Source: Albugo candida (lineage: Eukaryota). From it: a stretch of DNA of 64,000 nucleotides. Made by a program: the position numbers and the translations under genes. This document shows positions 1-12,796 of this stretch, piece by piece. Position 1 is the stretch's first letter, and every line of letters starts with the position of its first letter. The stretch is taken from assembly GCA_040437565.1 (NCBI GenBank), contig JBDOQK010000087.1, positions 1 through 64,000 of the forward strand, given 5' to 3'. The notes beneath the pieces are model-generated. The model searched no databases, had not been told where the DNA came from, and saw only the letters and a program-made list of their open reading frames with translations.

Positions 1-835
1 GATAGCCTAGGCAACTAGAGAAGTCAGTTAGTCTAATTCTAGTAATATAGACACCTTCAACTGAGAGGGATAGGCTAGACTCTTGTGCCTCCCTCGTTCT
101 GTATAAATCTGGCGCAAATCAATTCTTCAATCCGATCATAAACAAACAGCCAGAACGAGCACGAGTTGCTAGCTGACCTGCATGATGCCACTACTGTGAT
201 CCGATCGTGTCTACCCAGCTTTTGTTATGCTAGCAAGAGCGACGTTAGGGCCATATCTCGACGGCAAGGTTTTATATTGGAGAAGAACATCACTATTCGA
301 CTTTGCATTTGATGCCAACGATTTTTTGACTTAAATTTGTATTCTGTTCGTCTTCTACATACATTTGTGATTCTCGATGCGGTAATCAAGGAAGACGCTC
401 GGCTACCGGATTTCTTATCGTACAGCGTACGTGCATATCGCACATCATGAAATAAGCCACCTCAAGTGTAAGTGTTCGATCTTAAAATGTACATACGACC
501 TTGTAAAGTCTCTAGTACCGAATATTTCGAATCAACATATCCCGGCGTACCAATGGTGAACTGAGTAGGAGCGGCTGATCTTGACTGTGCCGAGACAGCC
601 GCATGTTAGTAGTCCACCTGAAAACTAGGTGGTACTATGACGCAATGGCACGGTACAGGGATAAATGTGCTTTCGTTAAGGATGTTGGTACGTTATGTTC
701 AGTTGCAGTGATTTGTATCAGCAGCAACAAACTCAATAAAGTCGAAAAGTATCTCTATCGCTTGTTTTTGAACCCAAAACTTTTCTTGGTCGCGTCATTG
801 TACTTGAAAGGCGTGATAGCTTATACTATAAAGTA

Positions 836-3800
836 CTATAGAAAACCCTTCGATCCGTGGCCTGTTGCAGCGCATCCTGAAACGCCTGCTCTGCTCCTCT
901 CTGCTGCTTTCTTGACACGTATTTGCTTTTCCCGACTACGTCTGGTTCGAATAAGATGCTTGAGGCGACTAATGTCAGTCACGGCCAACGAAATAAGAAC
1001 ACTTGAAAAATCTAATGGTTGCGGAAGCAAGCCCATTTTCATGCTTTTGTAAAAGATAACTCTGATCTCACCACGTAAATAACAAAAGGCTTCCAAGTGA
1101 GAATATTTGAAGCGACTCGTAAGGATGTATGATGACACAGACGAGACAACGTATGCATTACTTACTGCTGCAATGCAAAATGCCAAGTCTCGGAATGTTC
1201 CACCGTTTCCATGTTCGAAGTGCAAAAGCCATGCAACGTCCTTAGATGCATCAATATTATCAAGATGTTTGATTGCTTGTTGAAGATTTCTCATCTTATA
1301 GGCTTGATCAGATGGAGGAATAAAATAATGAGTTGACGCCGACAGTAGGTCCTCTTGAGAAGTTGGATGATTTGTCCGAAAAAATACCGATCCCATATTC
1401 TTTTGATTCGACGGTATTGAAGATGTGGAACGCGTTCCGACTAAATTAATCTCGGGCATTCTTACTTTTGGGGTCATGCTTTTCAGATCAGAGCACATGG
1501 ATTCGGATAAACCTGACACCCATGCACACTTCTCGGTACACTTGATTGCTGCTTCTTGCACATGCAGTTCCTGCGTGAAAAATACGAGACTACTCGTTAG
1601 CGAAGTAGGTTGGATTGAATGTGTGAAGAACTTCGAGCTAGGTACACGTTCAAAGCTATCAAATTCGGTCAACATACAAGCCAAACAATCTGGAATAATG
1701 GCGCGATCTCTGCTTTCTTTCTTTTCCGCGTCAATCGGGTATCTGTATGTATCTCTTCCACCATTCAGAGGCGCGTTCAAGTGCATACATGGAAAGGAAG
1801 GTGTCCATTTCTTCCCAATATTAATCGGGTGAGATTCTTTTGCTTTGTTTTTAGACGATCCCAATGTCTTCCAATCGAAAATGTTAAATTCTTTGAGCAA
1901 CTTTCCATAAAGTCTTTTGCAGATGTCTTCCAGCAAACATTTTTCCTTGAAGTCTGACAGATCATTAGTTCCACTGGTAAAGCCAATAAAGTACTTTTCT
2001 CGTTCATTATTGCGATCAACGAACGGGATGATGTTGGACCGAGCACATGATAAACATTCTTGCATTTTCGTTTCATCGTAAGCCACATTGATTAACATGT
2101 AGGAATAAGGTACAAATACTTGGGATTTCCGTATGGAACGGTCGTGTACCATACTGTAGAGACGCGCCACAGGACAATCAATCTCAGACCCTAGCATGAT
2201 AATACCACAAGCACCTTCACATTCTAGCAATTCGTCTTCAGTGGCAGTAGAAAGAAACGCCCATCGATAACTTCCAGGTGATGATCTTCCAATGAAAAAC
2301 CTGTCCACTTTACGTATAAAGGTCAAGCATCGAGCGCAGTTTNNNNNNNNNNNNNNNNNNNNNNNNNNNNNNNNNNNNNNNNNNNNNNNNNNNNNNNNNN
2401 NNNNNNNNNNNNNNNNNNNNNNNNNNNNNNNNNNNNNNNNNNAAGCCAAACAATCTGGAATAATGGCGCGATCTCTGCTTTCTTTCTTTTCCACGTCAAT
2501 CGGGTATCTGTATGTATCTCTTCCACCATTCAGAGGCGCGGTCAAGTGCATACATGGAAAGGAAGGTGTCCATTTCTTCCCAATATTAATCTGGTGAGAT
2601 TCTTTTGCTTCGTTTTTAGACGATCCCACTGTCTTCCAATCGAAAATGTTAAATTCTTTGTGCAACTCTCCAGAAAGTCTTTTGCAGATGTCTTTCAGCA
2701 AACATTTTTCCTTGAAGTCTGACAGATCATTAGTTCCACTGGTCAAGCCAATAAAGTACTTTTCTCGTTCATTATTGCGATCAACGAAAGGGATGATGTT
2801 GGACCGAGCACATGATAAACATTCTTGCATTTTCGTTTCATCGTAAGCCACATTGAATAACATGTAGGAATAAGGTACAAATGCTTGGGATTTCCGTATG
2901 GAACGGTCGTGTACCATATTGTAGAGACGCGCCGCAGGACAATCAATCTCAGACCCTAGCATGATAATACCACAAGCACCTTCACATTCTAGCAAGTCGT
3001 CTTCAGTGGCAGTAGAAAGAAACGCCCATCGATAATTTCCTGGTGATGATCTTCCAATGAAAAACCTGTCCACTTTACGTATAAAGGTCAAGCATCGAGC
3101 GCAGTTTTGAATCCATAATTCAGGAAGATTTGGTTCCAAGAGTATGCAAGATATTGTTCTGAGTTTTTGCACTCCAGTGCGAGGCTTTTTTGACTCGCGA
3201 TCGCTAATATCCTTGCTACTTTTACCCTCGAGATGTACATTCAGATCTGCTCCGTCTTCAAATGCACCGTTGGTACTGAATTTCTTTTCTCTTTCATTCG
3301 AATTAGCGGCGAAAGCTAGGAGGTTTTTTGTAGCGTCTGCATTTTTTTCGCGTTTCGATAGATTATCTGAAGTACCGCTGACAAATTGGTATCCTTCGGA
3401 TACATCGTTACTGTCGGCGCTACTTTGTTCGATTTGTGGAGTCATAACAACGCCAAATAGTCGAAATTGATTCGACCCATGATTCTGGCAACTGCTTTGG
3501 CCTTTGTACATAGCGTTCGCGCCCGGGATCTCATTGGACACAGAGTTACGCTCCTCACGCAGATTTGGAATCTCCCCAGCAATTTTTTTCGGATGGTGGT
3601 GTGTTTCCCGCTCAAACTTATTTTGTTGGATTTTGAAGCTATGGCAGCAATATTCATCAATTACTTCGATTAAAATATCATCAGCAATGTCTGCAAACAT
3701 CTCCAAGCTATCAACTACCGCGTTTTTTCCCCCAGAGCCCATTACTGCCAATCCGTATGTAAAGTTTGCATACGGCACAAAAGGCTGAATGCACCTGTGT

Positions 3801-3913
3801 AAGTCTACATAGTATGTGGCTCCATATGGCACAGTTATTTGTACCTCATATGCGAAACTTTGTTGTCCTCGCCAAAGATGAATCAGAAGTTGAAGAGCGA
3901 TTTTTTGTTTCAT
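836..3913 (-). CDS. Secreted multi-module Cys-rich protein, candidate CHxC/CCG-like effector, paralogue 1 (about 770 aa once the 765-bp gap/overlap is removed)
   Basis: Long intronless ORF with a signal-peptide-like N-terminus (MKQKIALQLLIHLWRGQQSFA). Repeated modules LHRC, CARC..CEGAC, CLSC..CLLKDIC, CLAC..CTEKC and LAFC..FC. Clear paralogy to 20017-22053 and 26370-28689. Bases 1678-2342 and 2443-3107 are two versions of the same segment either side of an N gap. Confidence 0.85.
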   Translation of the reverse strand: MKQKIALQLLIHLWRGQQSFAYEVQITVPYGATYYVDLHRCIQPFVPYANFTYGLAVMGSGGKNAVVDSLEMFADIADDILIEVIDEYCCHSFKIQQNKFERETHHHPKKIAGEIPNLREERNSVSNEIPGANAMYKGQSSCQNHGSNQFRLFGVVMTPQIEQSSADSNDVSEGYQFVSGTSDNLSKREKNADATKNLLAFAANSNEREKKFSTNGAFEDGADLNVHLEGKSSKDISDRESKKPRTGVQKLRTISCILLEPNLPELWIQNCARCLTFIRKVDRFFIGRSSPGNYRWAFLSTATEDDLLECEGACGIIMLGSEIDCPAARLYNMVHDRSIRKSQAFVPYSYMLFNVAYDETKMQECLSCARSNIIPFVDRNNEREKYFIGLTSGTNDLSDFKEKCLLKDICKRLSGELHKEFNIFDWKTVGSSKNEAKESHQINIGKKWTPSFPCMHLTAPLNGGRDTYRYPIDVEKKESRDRAIIPDCLAXXXXXXXXXXXXXXXXXXXXXXXXXXXXXXXXXXNCARCLTFIRKVDRFFIGRSSPGSYRWAFLSTATEDELLECEGACGIIMLGSEIDCPVARLYSMVHDRSIRKSQVFVPYSYMLINVAYDETKMQECLSCARSNIIPFVDRNNEREKYFIGFTSGTNDLSDFKEKCLLEDICKRLYGKLLKEFNIFDWKTLGSSKNKAKESHPINIGKKWTPSFPCMHLNAPLNGGRDTYRYPIDAEKKESRDRAIIPDCLACMLTEFDSFERVPSSKFFTHSIQPTSLTSSLVFFTQELHVQEAAIKCTEKCAWVSGLSESMCSDLKSMTPKVRMPEINLVGTRSTSSIPSNQKNMGSVFFRTNHPTSQEDLLSASTHYFIPPSDQAYKMRNLQQAIKHLDNIDASKDVAWLLHFEHGNGGTFRDLAFCIAAVSNAYVVSSVSSYILTSRFKYSHLEAFCYLRGEIRVIFYKSMKMGLLPQPLDFSSVLISLAVTDISRLKHLIRTRRSREKQIRVKKAAERSRAGVSGCAATGHGSKGFL

Positions 3914-5796
3914 CTTATAGCAGAGTATTTGTTTGCCTTCCCAGTACGTTTCTTGTGGACATCGAAGTCTTTCTATTTTTCTCTCCGCTCTTCGCTATAC
4001 GTTCAGACGATCAACAGGGTCCGTCCGATCCATCCTGGTATACATCTAAGATACATGAGAATAATGAACAGACACGTGTATGTTCCACTACTCTATTTTG
4101 GCCAATAGGTGTATAATGCGATCGGAAACCGATGCCACTCATGCGCCATCCGCAAGGTTGTGAGATTTTATAGCGGTGTGTTAGTAGTGCTAGGAACTTC
4201 TAATTGATTCTGATCGTTTCTCGGCTGGCTCTGACTCGTACGTGTGTACGTATTGCTAGTGAAATGACTATTACGACGGCAGCGTCTTGCGATGTCTCCA
4301 AAGTGTAATAAAAGAGATCATGTTCGTATTGAAAGACGACAAGACATTAGTCGCCGGGATGTTCAGCTTGTGCGTCAACGCAATGATACCAGTAGGGATG
4401 TGAAACAGCTCAGTAGCAATTGCCAATATGTACTGTAGTTAAATAATAAGCTTACACGTGACTTAAAATCCCAATATGTATTCTCTCAGCTTCTTTCTCG
4501 GCGGCGGCAAATAGGCAGTGGTGGGGCCCATCGGCGAAGGCAAGTCCTCCTCCAGATATAAACTCACTCAATGAAGGAAATACACTCTGGCTTGGATGCG
4601 TCAATATGACCAAGTGAATTTTTCTCATCAACTTCAGACGAGTATCAAATCAGTATATGGTATCTTCCAAAAAAGCGTTGTTGTTAAATCCCCGGAGCTG
4701 TTACGATAGACATGACACAGGGAAGCGAACTAGAACACGTTCTTTAGTTTACAATAGAAAAGTGGTATATAGTGCGAGACACCTTTATTTATTTATTATT
4801 ATTCCTCAGCTAAATACGAAACGCCTCGCTACAATGCAACAATGTTATGTAGTCCACGCATTTCCATATGTCTTCGTCATCATTTCTTCAACATGTTCCA
4901 CTTTCAAGAAATGTTACTACTCATTGTCGTACTTGATCATGCTACTCAATCGAGAAAACCATTTTTTTGGAGCTTGGAATCCACTTGATAAATACTTCTC
5001 TTGGATTGAAGAAAACGAAGCGTTGATATGATCAGTTCACCATTAACTAATCGAAGCCTTTCACTTTATTCCTCTGTCGGAACCACTTAACTCGTTACTT
5101 GAACTGTGAAGATCAGGTACTTCACTAGGGTGACTATGACGCCCTGAGCTGACCTGCACTGAGTACACGAAATAGCTCGCAGAAATGCGGCATGCAAAAG
5201 GTATTTGGTGCCACGAAACGTCCCATCTTTGCCGATACACAAGAAAGCTCACGTATTCGAGCAAATCGCTACTCCTTGTGAGCAGAATTCTGATCCGAAG
5301 TTACATTCGATAGCAAGTTGTCACAAACGGAATGTCAAATGTTCTCGATAGAGCTGAATATAGCCACTCATTACAATGACGATCTTTAATTGAGCTCTGA
5401 TTAAAAATGGCGTTTTCACGAAATGTTAATCAAATTAAGTGGTATAAGGTTTGATTTTATGTCAATCCTAGATGCTAGTGTGTCTTCGATTTATAGATCT
5501 TGATTTGTAGGCCGAGAGAATCGCTTCCTGCCCATGGCAAAAATTCGGCGCTTTTGGATGACAGGTTAGACACTGTGTCAGTCTAGGTCATGAACTGGCC
5601 AAGCTGCAATACTACGTTTTTGCTTTTGCCTCCTCGCTTGCCTTCTAGACGTAGGAACGTGTGCACGATACTCATGGCTGATTTCGTCTACGTGAACACC
5701 TTTTTCGACCAACATTATGATCATGCAGGTCAGAGGCATGCGGACTATATTATCCTTAGCAATAATATGCGCTAGTGCATTACTCTCTACCACGAT

Positions 5797-6039
5797 TGTC
5801 GTTTGTCAGAGCACAGTGGTGAACTTTCTTGAACGGGAGATGTCAAATGCAGAAGTAAGTATATTATGCATAACCGTCAGTCTTCAAGGCCTTCTTTGCC
5901 TTTTTGTATTATTATGTGACGTAACAACCGCATCGGGACAGTCCATTGTGGAAGGTAAAGCGAAACGATTATTTAGCTCATTGGAACGTTTTACCAATAC
6001 GTCCGACGAACAGATAGTTGGAGTCGCTACTTTTCAACA
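5797..6039 (-). repeat. 3' LTR of Copia-1
   Basis: TG...CA termini. Colinear with 10906-11179 (30 of the first 41 plus-strand bases identical; shared CTTGAACGGGAGATGTCAAA and CAGTCCATTG). Confidence 0.85.
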
Positions 6040-9000
6040 ATTCATCCTCACGGCGCCATTTATTTTTTATCTCAATTCACGTCTCGATCCTTGATTGTTT
6101 TGCGTATCAGCGAACATAATCCCATCGATTGTTGTACTCGAACAGCATTAAATTCCTTCGTAAGCAAATCAGCCGCCTACTCTTTGGTGTGCACATAACA
6201 GGGTTCGACGATGCCCCGTTTAGCCCAAACTTTGATAAACTTGAGCTCAATGTCGATGTGCCTGGCTCGCGTCGAAGTTTCTTCGTTCTACATCTGTAGG
6301 ATAGGCGCTTGATTGCCTATTTCCATCTGCATAGGTAATTCACGTTTATCCCCACTTCAACAATTAGCTCACGAAATCCGAGGATAGCTTGACCATCATG
6401 TGTGAACTCCGCTTTCATAGTTGACAGCTATACTGATAATTTATCATGGCATGTCCAGCCCATTATCATGCCATCCACACGAAAAATCTCTCCGCTTTCC
6501 GACTTGCGGCTAATCTTGTCACGTGCAAAGTCTGCATCGCTTGCGCTTGAAAGTTGCACACTGATCTGCTTATGCCCAAGCTGAAACTTGACGTTCTTAG
6601 TTGCTTTCAAATACCTGATAATTCTTTTGCTCAATTGTCAGTCGCTCTACATAGGCGCATGGCCTCCGACACGTAGCTCGGTGCACCGCATAAGCAATGT
6701 CCGGTCGTGTACAGTACATCGAGCCAACTAGAACAGCGTTCACACGATCGACTGAAAGTGTCAGTAATGCTAATCCGACTAGCCCATCCGCGGGTAGAAT
6801 CGGCTCAGCTTCCTGTATGTCGGTTCGTGATCGATCTCTATGGGTGTCATCACGTGGTGTGCTTCTTTTAGGCCGAACTTCGTTAGAGACTCATCTATCA
6901 TTGGTCCTTGGTCAATCTATAACCAAATTCCGGAAAATGAGTATGTCGCATCACCAGAAACGTGCTAATGATGCTCAGGTCCTTGATCTGCAGCGTTACC
7001 AATTGTTTAAACACATCATCCTCGAAATTTCGATGTCTCGGTCACCAGCAAATGGTCAACATATACTCCGACGACAGTCTTTCCATCGTGATCCATTTTG
7101 TAGTTGAGATATGAGTTTGTAACACATTGTACAAACCGACACGAATAGCTCTGAATGTAGAACTTGCGCCCGGGTCGTCCAGAATTTTCAAATAAAAGCT
7201 GCGCTGAAGTCGAAGAACCACTTGTTTTGTGTGCTGAGCACCGCAACGCTGTCCATTTCATTCCTTGTAGACCGTATAGGTAAATGTCGAGGTCCGGTTC
7301 AGTAGAGGCCTTGATATATTCAGTAGGCACGTCCCATGACGCGCCAGCACATCCCATATCTCTGATAGTGCAATAATAACCTTCCGAGTCGTCATGTCCA
7401 TAACGGTGGCGAACCATAGTGTATAGCTTCTACAATGAGAATGCTCATTCACGCACGCTACCAAGCGTGCGTTGTAGCGCTCGACGTTTCGGGCAGCATC
7501 CGGTTTTTTTTTAATAACCACTTTGTCTGCATAGGGCGCCTTTCATCCGTGCACGATACCATCTCCCAAGTGTCATTGGACCTTAGTAAATATATCTCTG
7601 ACTCAGCAGCGCGCTCCCACTCCACAACTTGTCACTATTCATGCTTTTCTCCAACTCTTCGGGTCCACACGATAAACAGCTCCAATAATCTCGGGTGATG
7701 GGATCTTTGTTCCATCATCTCTCGTCCTCATGTTCATTGCTGGTTGATTGACTGGAGCTCTAATCAGATTAATTCTTCTTCCGCCACGCTTGCCGCGCTT
7801 CTTGAAGGCTCTTGTTATCACTCGCAGCTCCTCCCGATGTGCAACATCGGGGCTTGTTTCTGTCCGTATGTCACATAGAGCGTCCATCTCAGATGCTGAT
7901 TCGACGCTCATGTCAATGGAATAAGCGGTCTTCTTATTGTTAGCGTCTTCCGGATAATTTACAAGTTGGGCGATCGCATCCTCGCCGAGGGTCTGAATAC
8001 TTCTGACATGTTTTTTTGTTCGCACCACACGTTTCTTTGTAAAAAGCACCTTGTCCCTTTTATTTCGTCGCTCTTGCTAATGATAAGTCTTTTTCCTCCA
8101 NNNNNNNNNNNNNNNNNNNNNNNNNNNNNNNNNNNNNNNNNNNNNNNNNNNNNNNNNNNNNNNNNNNNNNNNNNNNNNNNNNNNNNNNNNNNNNNNNNNN
8201 GTGCAACATCGGGGCTTGTTTCTGTCCGTATGTCACATAGAGCGTCCATCTCAGATGCTGATTCGACGCTCATGTCAATGGAATAAGCGGTCTTCTTATT
8301 GTTAGCGTCTTCCGGATAATTTACAAGTTGGGCGATCGCATCCTCGCCGAGGGTCTGAATACTTCTGACATGTTTTTTTGTTCGCACCACACGTTTCTTT
8401 GTAAAAAGCACCTTGTCCCTTTTATTTCGTCGCTCTTGCTAATGATAAGTCTTTTTCCTCCACGCCGGTCGAGAGTCCGATGTTTCGGGGTCCGGATTGC
8501 GGTGCACGGGGAGCCAAAAATAACACTATCCGTTAGCTTTGGGCTGCAGCTTGTCAGAACTTCTATCGGCGAAGCAGGATTTCATTTTCTCGCGTTGGGA
8601 TGCGGTTGAGAATGTAGGACGCATATTCTGCAGCGTCAGCCCAAGTGCTTATTGACAGCCCCGATCCAAATGGAGCTCAGCATTTTCATTACTGTTTGGT
8701 GATGAAGCTCCGCCTTTCCGTTTGACGCTTGATTACCCGCTTCCGATAACTGACATCGCCCACCGGAATTTTCGCAAAACAGGTCGACGACTCTGTACTC
8801 GCTTCCACCATCGGTTCGTAGGTAGTGAATCTTAGAGTCAAACCGGTTCTCAGAGTACACGAGAAATTTCTCGAATGACTCGGTCGCCTTGTCCTCCGTT
8901 TTTGCCAGAAACACACGGCAATACTTTTCTTTTGTGATCCACGAAATTAGTAAGGTACCTATTATGAAACCTGTCGATTGGAGTGATTGAGCCCTTGATA

Positions 9001-10905
9001 ACGCGACCGATAACGCACCTACTCGATCGATAGGATCATATATTACAGTGTCTTTGGGTGACTGATTATTGCGAGTCTGCTTTCCCTGCGCGCATGTTAT
9101 GCACGCTGGACGTTTTTTGTACGTAAGAATTACCTGGTACGTTTGCCCTCCTCTCGAAGGTGTCATAAACTAGATGTGCAAATTGCAAGTGAAAATCCAG
9201 TAGACTTCCCTCTTGTGCATCGGGGATAGTTGAGTTGACAGCTGAAGTGAGAGCTGCAAACACACACTCTTCAGCTTTCCTGGCATGAAGTCCGACTACA
9301 TCTTCGGTCACAACACGTACCACCAATACTTATTGGTGTCCTTGCAACTTAGAAGATCTTCAAACCATGGCTATGTCGGAAAATTGAGCACGTTTGTTCA
9401 TCTAACGAAGTCATAACTTTTTTTCTTCAATCCTTCCATACGAAAAGAAAGTATATTCCACGTAAGATCTGCCGAGTATTAGAAGTCTCTTAGCTTGATT
9501 GGACAAAGATCACTATCCACGCGTACTACAAAATCGGCGTTTCCCTTGAGCTTCATGTTTAATTTCTCTCCATTTGGAAGCAGGCACTCTTCATCACATT
9601 TCTTTGTATTGTAAAGTTGAGATGGTGTCGTCACCTGATGACGACGGGATTCGCTATCCAAGATTTGTTGGCTTGTGGCGTCGATATTGTCTGTGACTTC
9701 CAGCGCAAACCCCTTCTTTATTTCTTGATTGCAGTCGCGTTCGTTGTGACCTCACTTGAATCGGGCACCTGATTTCTCCTTTGGCGCTCTTCACTGTTTC
9801 TAAGTCGACCAACATTAATGCTCCTAACAGTGGTCACCGTCGTCTTGCTTTACAGGAAAATGCTTGGATCATTTAGCTGCGTAAAGTGAACCATCTCTTC
9901 CGCTTGTCGTAGTTAGTCTTCACGTTGAGGATTTAGTCGTGGTAGTAGCACGTTCTGGAGCGCACTCGAAGGACTAGCAAACTTGGTGATGTTTTTTCCA
10001 GAACTTGATCGTGAGTCTGGCCAATAGCATCACTTAACGTCATCGGGTAAAGAGTGTGTTCATTCCAAGAAACATTCGGCCGTTTCATCGATGCAAAGAG
10101 CTTCATAGCCTGCGACTTCGAAATTCGTGGACCAAATTTCGTGTTCATTCGATCCATCGAATACCAAACTTGGGCATTCTATACGTACCAAACTGTCACC
10201 TGGCTGTGTAAGTGCTGTCCATCTTTGTCGATCAAGCGTCGATCTAGGAGATTTAGCTCGGTCTCTTCTGTCGACATAAACCCACTATTGTCTTCGGCGA
10301 TTTTGGTTTGCCGCAAGAACCATTTCCCCAAGGGTCCAAATGCTGACCCGAGGCATGGGTACAGTTCCTTACCATAGAAGTTCTCGATGGAAAGCTTCAA
10401 GTCCTTGATCTGCAGTATCCGTTACGGTGCAAAGTACGACGGTTTTGGCACTAGCCTATACGACAGATCCGTTGGTGGCTGCACGGATGCTTCTTGCCCG
10501 CTACCTTCCTTACGCAATCGATGATGCCCCTGTCCTGCAGCGTGAAATCGCGCTGAACTCGGTATCACCTCGTCTTCAAGCGACGGCATCGTCATATTCC
10601 GGTCATTTCCCGCGCGTATCTCCGCATAAGCATGAAAAGTGCTGCTGCCGGCGGACACGACCGAAGCTTGGTCATTCTCGAATGTACTAACTTCAAGACT
10701 AGCTAGTCAATCTCCAATGTCACCTTTATATTCAGTGATCAGATGCAGCAGCCTTGCCATATCCTCTCTCGCACTTGAAGCTGTACTGGCTCCATCGAAT
10801 ACTTCGTTCGGTAAGATCTTCAGCTGATCGTTGTTGGTGTGAGTCGCAGTTGTCTCTAGGGATTGATCTTGGTAGCTTGTTTCCATAGGTACTGGGCTCA
10901 TAAAC

Positions 10906-11179
10906 TGGCTTTCGTCGGAACGAAGTGATGAGGTTGCTTGAACGGGAGATGTCAAAAATAGAAGTAATCATATTATTCGCGACCGTTGGTTTCTCTTCCT
11001 ACGGCATTACTTGCTCTTTTCTATTATATTTCGTATGTCGGTTGCTTATTTGTTATAGTCACGAAACCACCGCGTCAGGTCAGTCCATTGCGGAAGGTAT
11101 ACGAAACCACAATTAGGCTCCTTGGATCGCTTACCAAAATGTCTGACGGATAGCAGTGTGGGGTCGTTACCTTTTAGCA
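10906..11179 (-). repeat. 5' LTR of Copia-1
   Basis: Direct repeat of 5797-6039, immediately followed on the minus strand by the PBS-like motif and flanked by the ACGAT TSD. Confidence 0.85.
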
Positions 11180-12639
11180 ACGATGAGTTGTGAAACAGAA
11201 GAAATGACCGTCGAGAAGTATGACACATTGTCTTGATTATCAGGCTTATGCGGGCTCTGCTCTATTGCAGGATTCACATCTTCAATGTTAGATTGAATAT
11301 AAATTTCGAGGTAGTAATTGAGGAAGAGAACGTGCGCATTATACACAACAATCATATTTGCTAAAGATAAGTTTATTGAGTATATGAACCTCTAAACGAA
11401 CGTCTGAAAGCGGTAGCAATTACTTTGCGAAAAACGTGAACTACCGTCCTCGCTTTTGTGTAGCGCGGAACCACTGAAATTATACTAAATCTTAGTGCAG
11501 TAGGGCAAAAATCGCTCCAATTTTTTCACATATGAACAATAATACTATTGGTAGCCTTTTTACTACTCTTTGGCAGTCTTTCGGCGGCACCGGGTGAAAA
11601 TATTACTGAATTTGCAGCGATAAAAGCCAAATTTCAATTATTCGATGCAGCACGTGTAAGGCGGGATGAAGAAAGCGCAAATGCTGAAGAAGTTCGTCTC
11701 TTTGGCATCATGTAGGACGGGCTTTTCACCTTTAAATGAGGAATGCGTAGTATGACTACAGCTGACGACGATATGAAGCTTCAACTTGTTCCATTTCTTA
11801 TGCATTCAACGCCTGCGTATTAGAACAAGCCAGATTAGTATTTCTTGATAAACACACGCTCTTGCGGATCAAAAGTTCTTAGACCACCGACCGATACGTT
11901 TTATGCTCTTTGGTAGAATGTCTATGAAGGCGAGCTCTTTTAACTTTGCCGAAAGGCGAGATTGTATGGATAGCTTTACCGTTGAAGTGTCTGGCCGACG
12001 AGTTGAATAAACATCATAGATCGCGAAGTCCTTCGAACAGGCTTCTAACGGACTCATTCGACTAAGATAAGAACAGGCTTGACTGATATAAAAGGAGCCG
12101 GTTCATGGTCTAAATACCTTTCGCCTGCATTTCTCGAAAAATGGATCGGACGTAGTAGCGAGAACCTGATAACTCTTTCTTCATGCTGTGCATTTTTGGG
12201 TAGGGAAGACCATGAATTCTTTCTCAGGCTCTTGATATCTTTTATACCAGCAGTATACACGATCTTCGAGTTGGGTTCTCTCCAAACATCCTGATACTGA
12301 CGAGAACACGATTGTCTTTGAAATAATCGGTTTTTCTCAACACCAAAAGCCAACCTCTACTGTTTCGCTGGATCAAAATATATCAGCGCGAAAGCATAAT
12401 TTTGATGCGGCGTCTTATCCATGTTTCGTCACTACATGCATAACTTTATCGCATACGACATCTGCGCACGACGACACGATCACCTTTTTATGTAACTTCA
12501 GCTATACAAGTCGCTGCTTTCATCCTATTGGGTCGTCAAAGCGGAAAATGATAATTTCGATTGTATTATTAGATTTTGTTCTTGAACTACTGCTAGAAGC
12601 TGCAACCCCAGGGTAGCGCACTTACGCCAATATGGCTCT

Positions 12640-12796
12640 TGCTGGAAGGTGGGGTGTATGATCGAGTGGGATTTTGCCAGGTCTAGGCTAGGAGAAGGAG
12701 AGTCTATTACGTAGGTTACTGGTAGGTACGCCGATAATTTGGTAATATACAGGCTGCAAAAATACTTCCTTAAGACCACCCTGTCTCGAATCAATA
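12640..12796 (+). repeat. 5' LTR of Copia-2 (5' part diverged or deleted)
   Basis: About 90 bp of strong similarity to 17642-17732, followed by the PBS-like motif. Confidence 0.75.

Larger units (their letters stand above)
5797..11179 (-). mobile_element. Decayed full-length Ty1/Copia LTR retrotransposon (Copia-1)
   Basis: Diverged LTRs at 5797-6039 and 10906-11179, with the 5-bp TSD ACGAT at 5792-5796 and 11180-11184. PBS-like GTTTATGAGCCCAGT at 10891-10905 and purine tract GAGGATGAA before the 3' LTR. Frameshifted gag, protease (ILDSES), integrase (LRTDGGSEY, SNGKAE), RT (ERYNARLVAC, LYGLQ, GVYVDHLLV) and RNase H (SDADFA) in Copia order. Confidence 0.92.

Noticed and set aside
836-3913. 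1025-aa protein with an internal 220-aa tandem duplication
   Set aside because: The duplication ends exactly at an N gap like the other overlaps, and paralogues 2 and 3 have a single copy. Treated as two haplotypes or paralogues, though a real repeat is not excluded.
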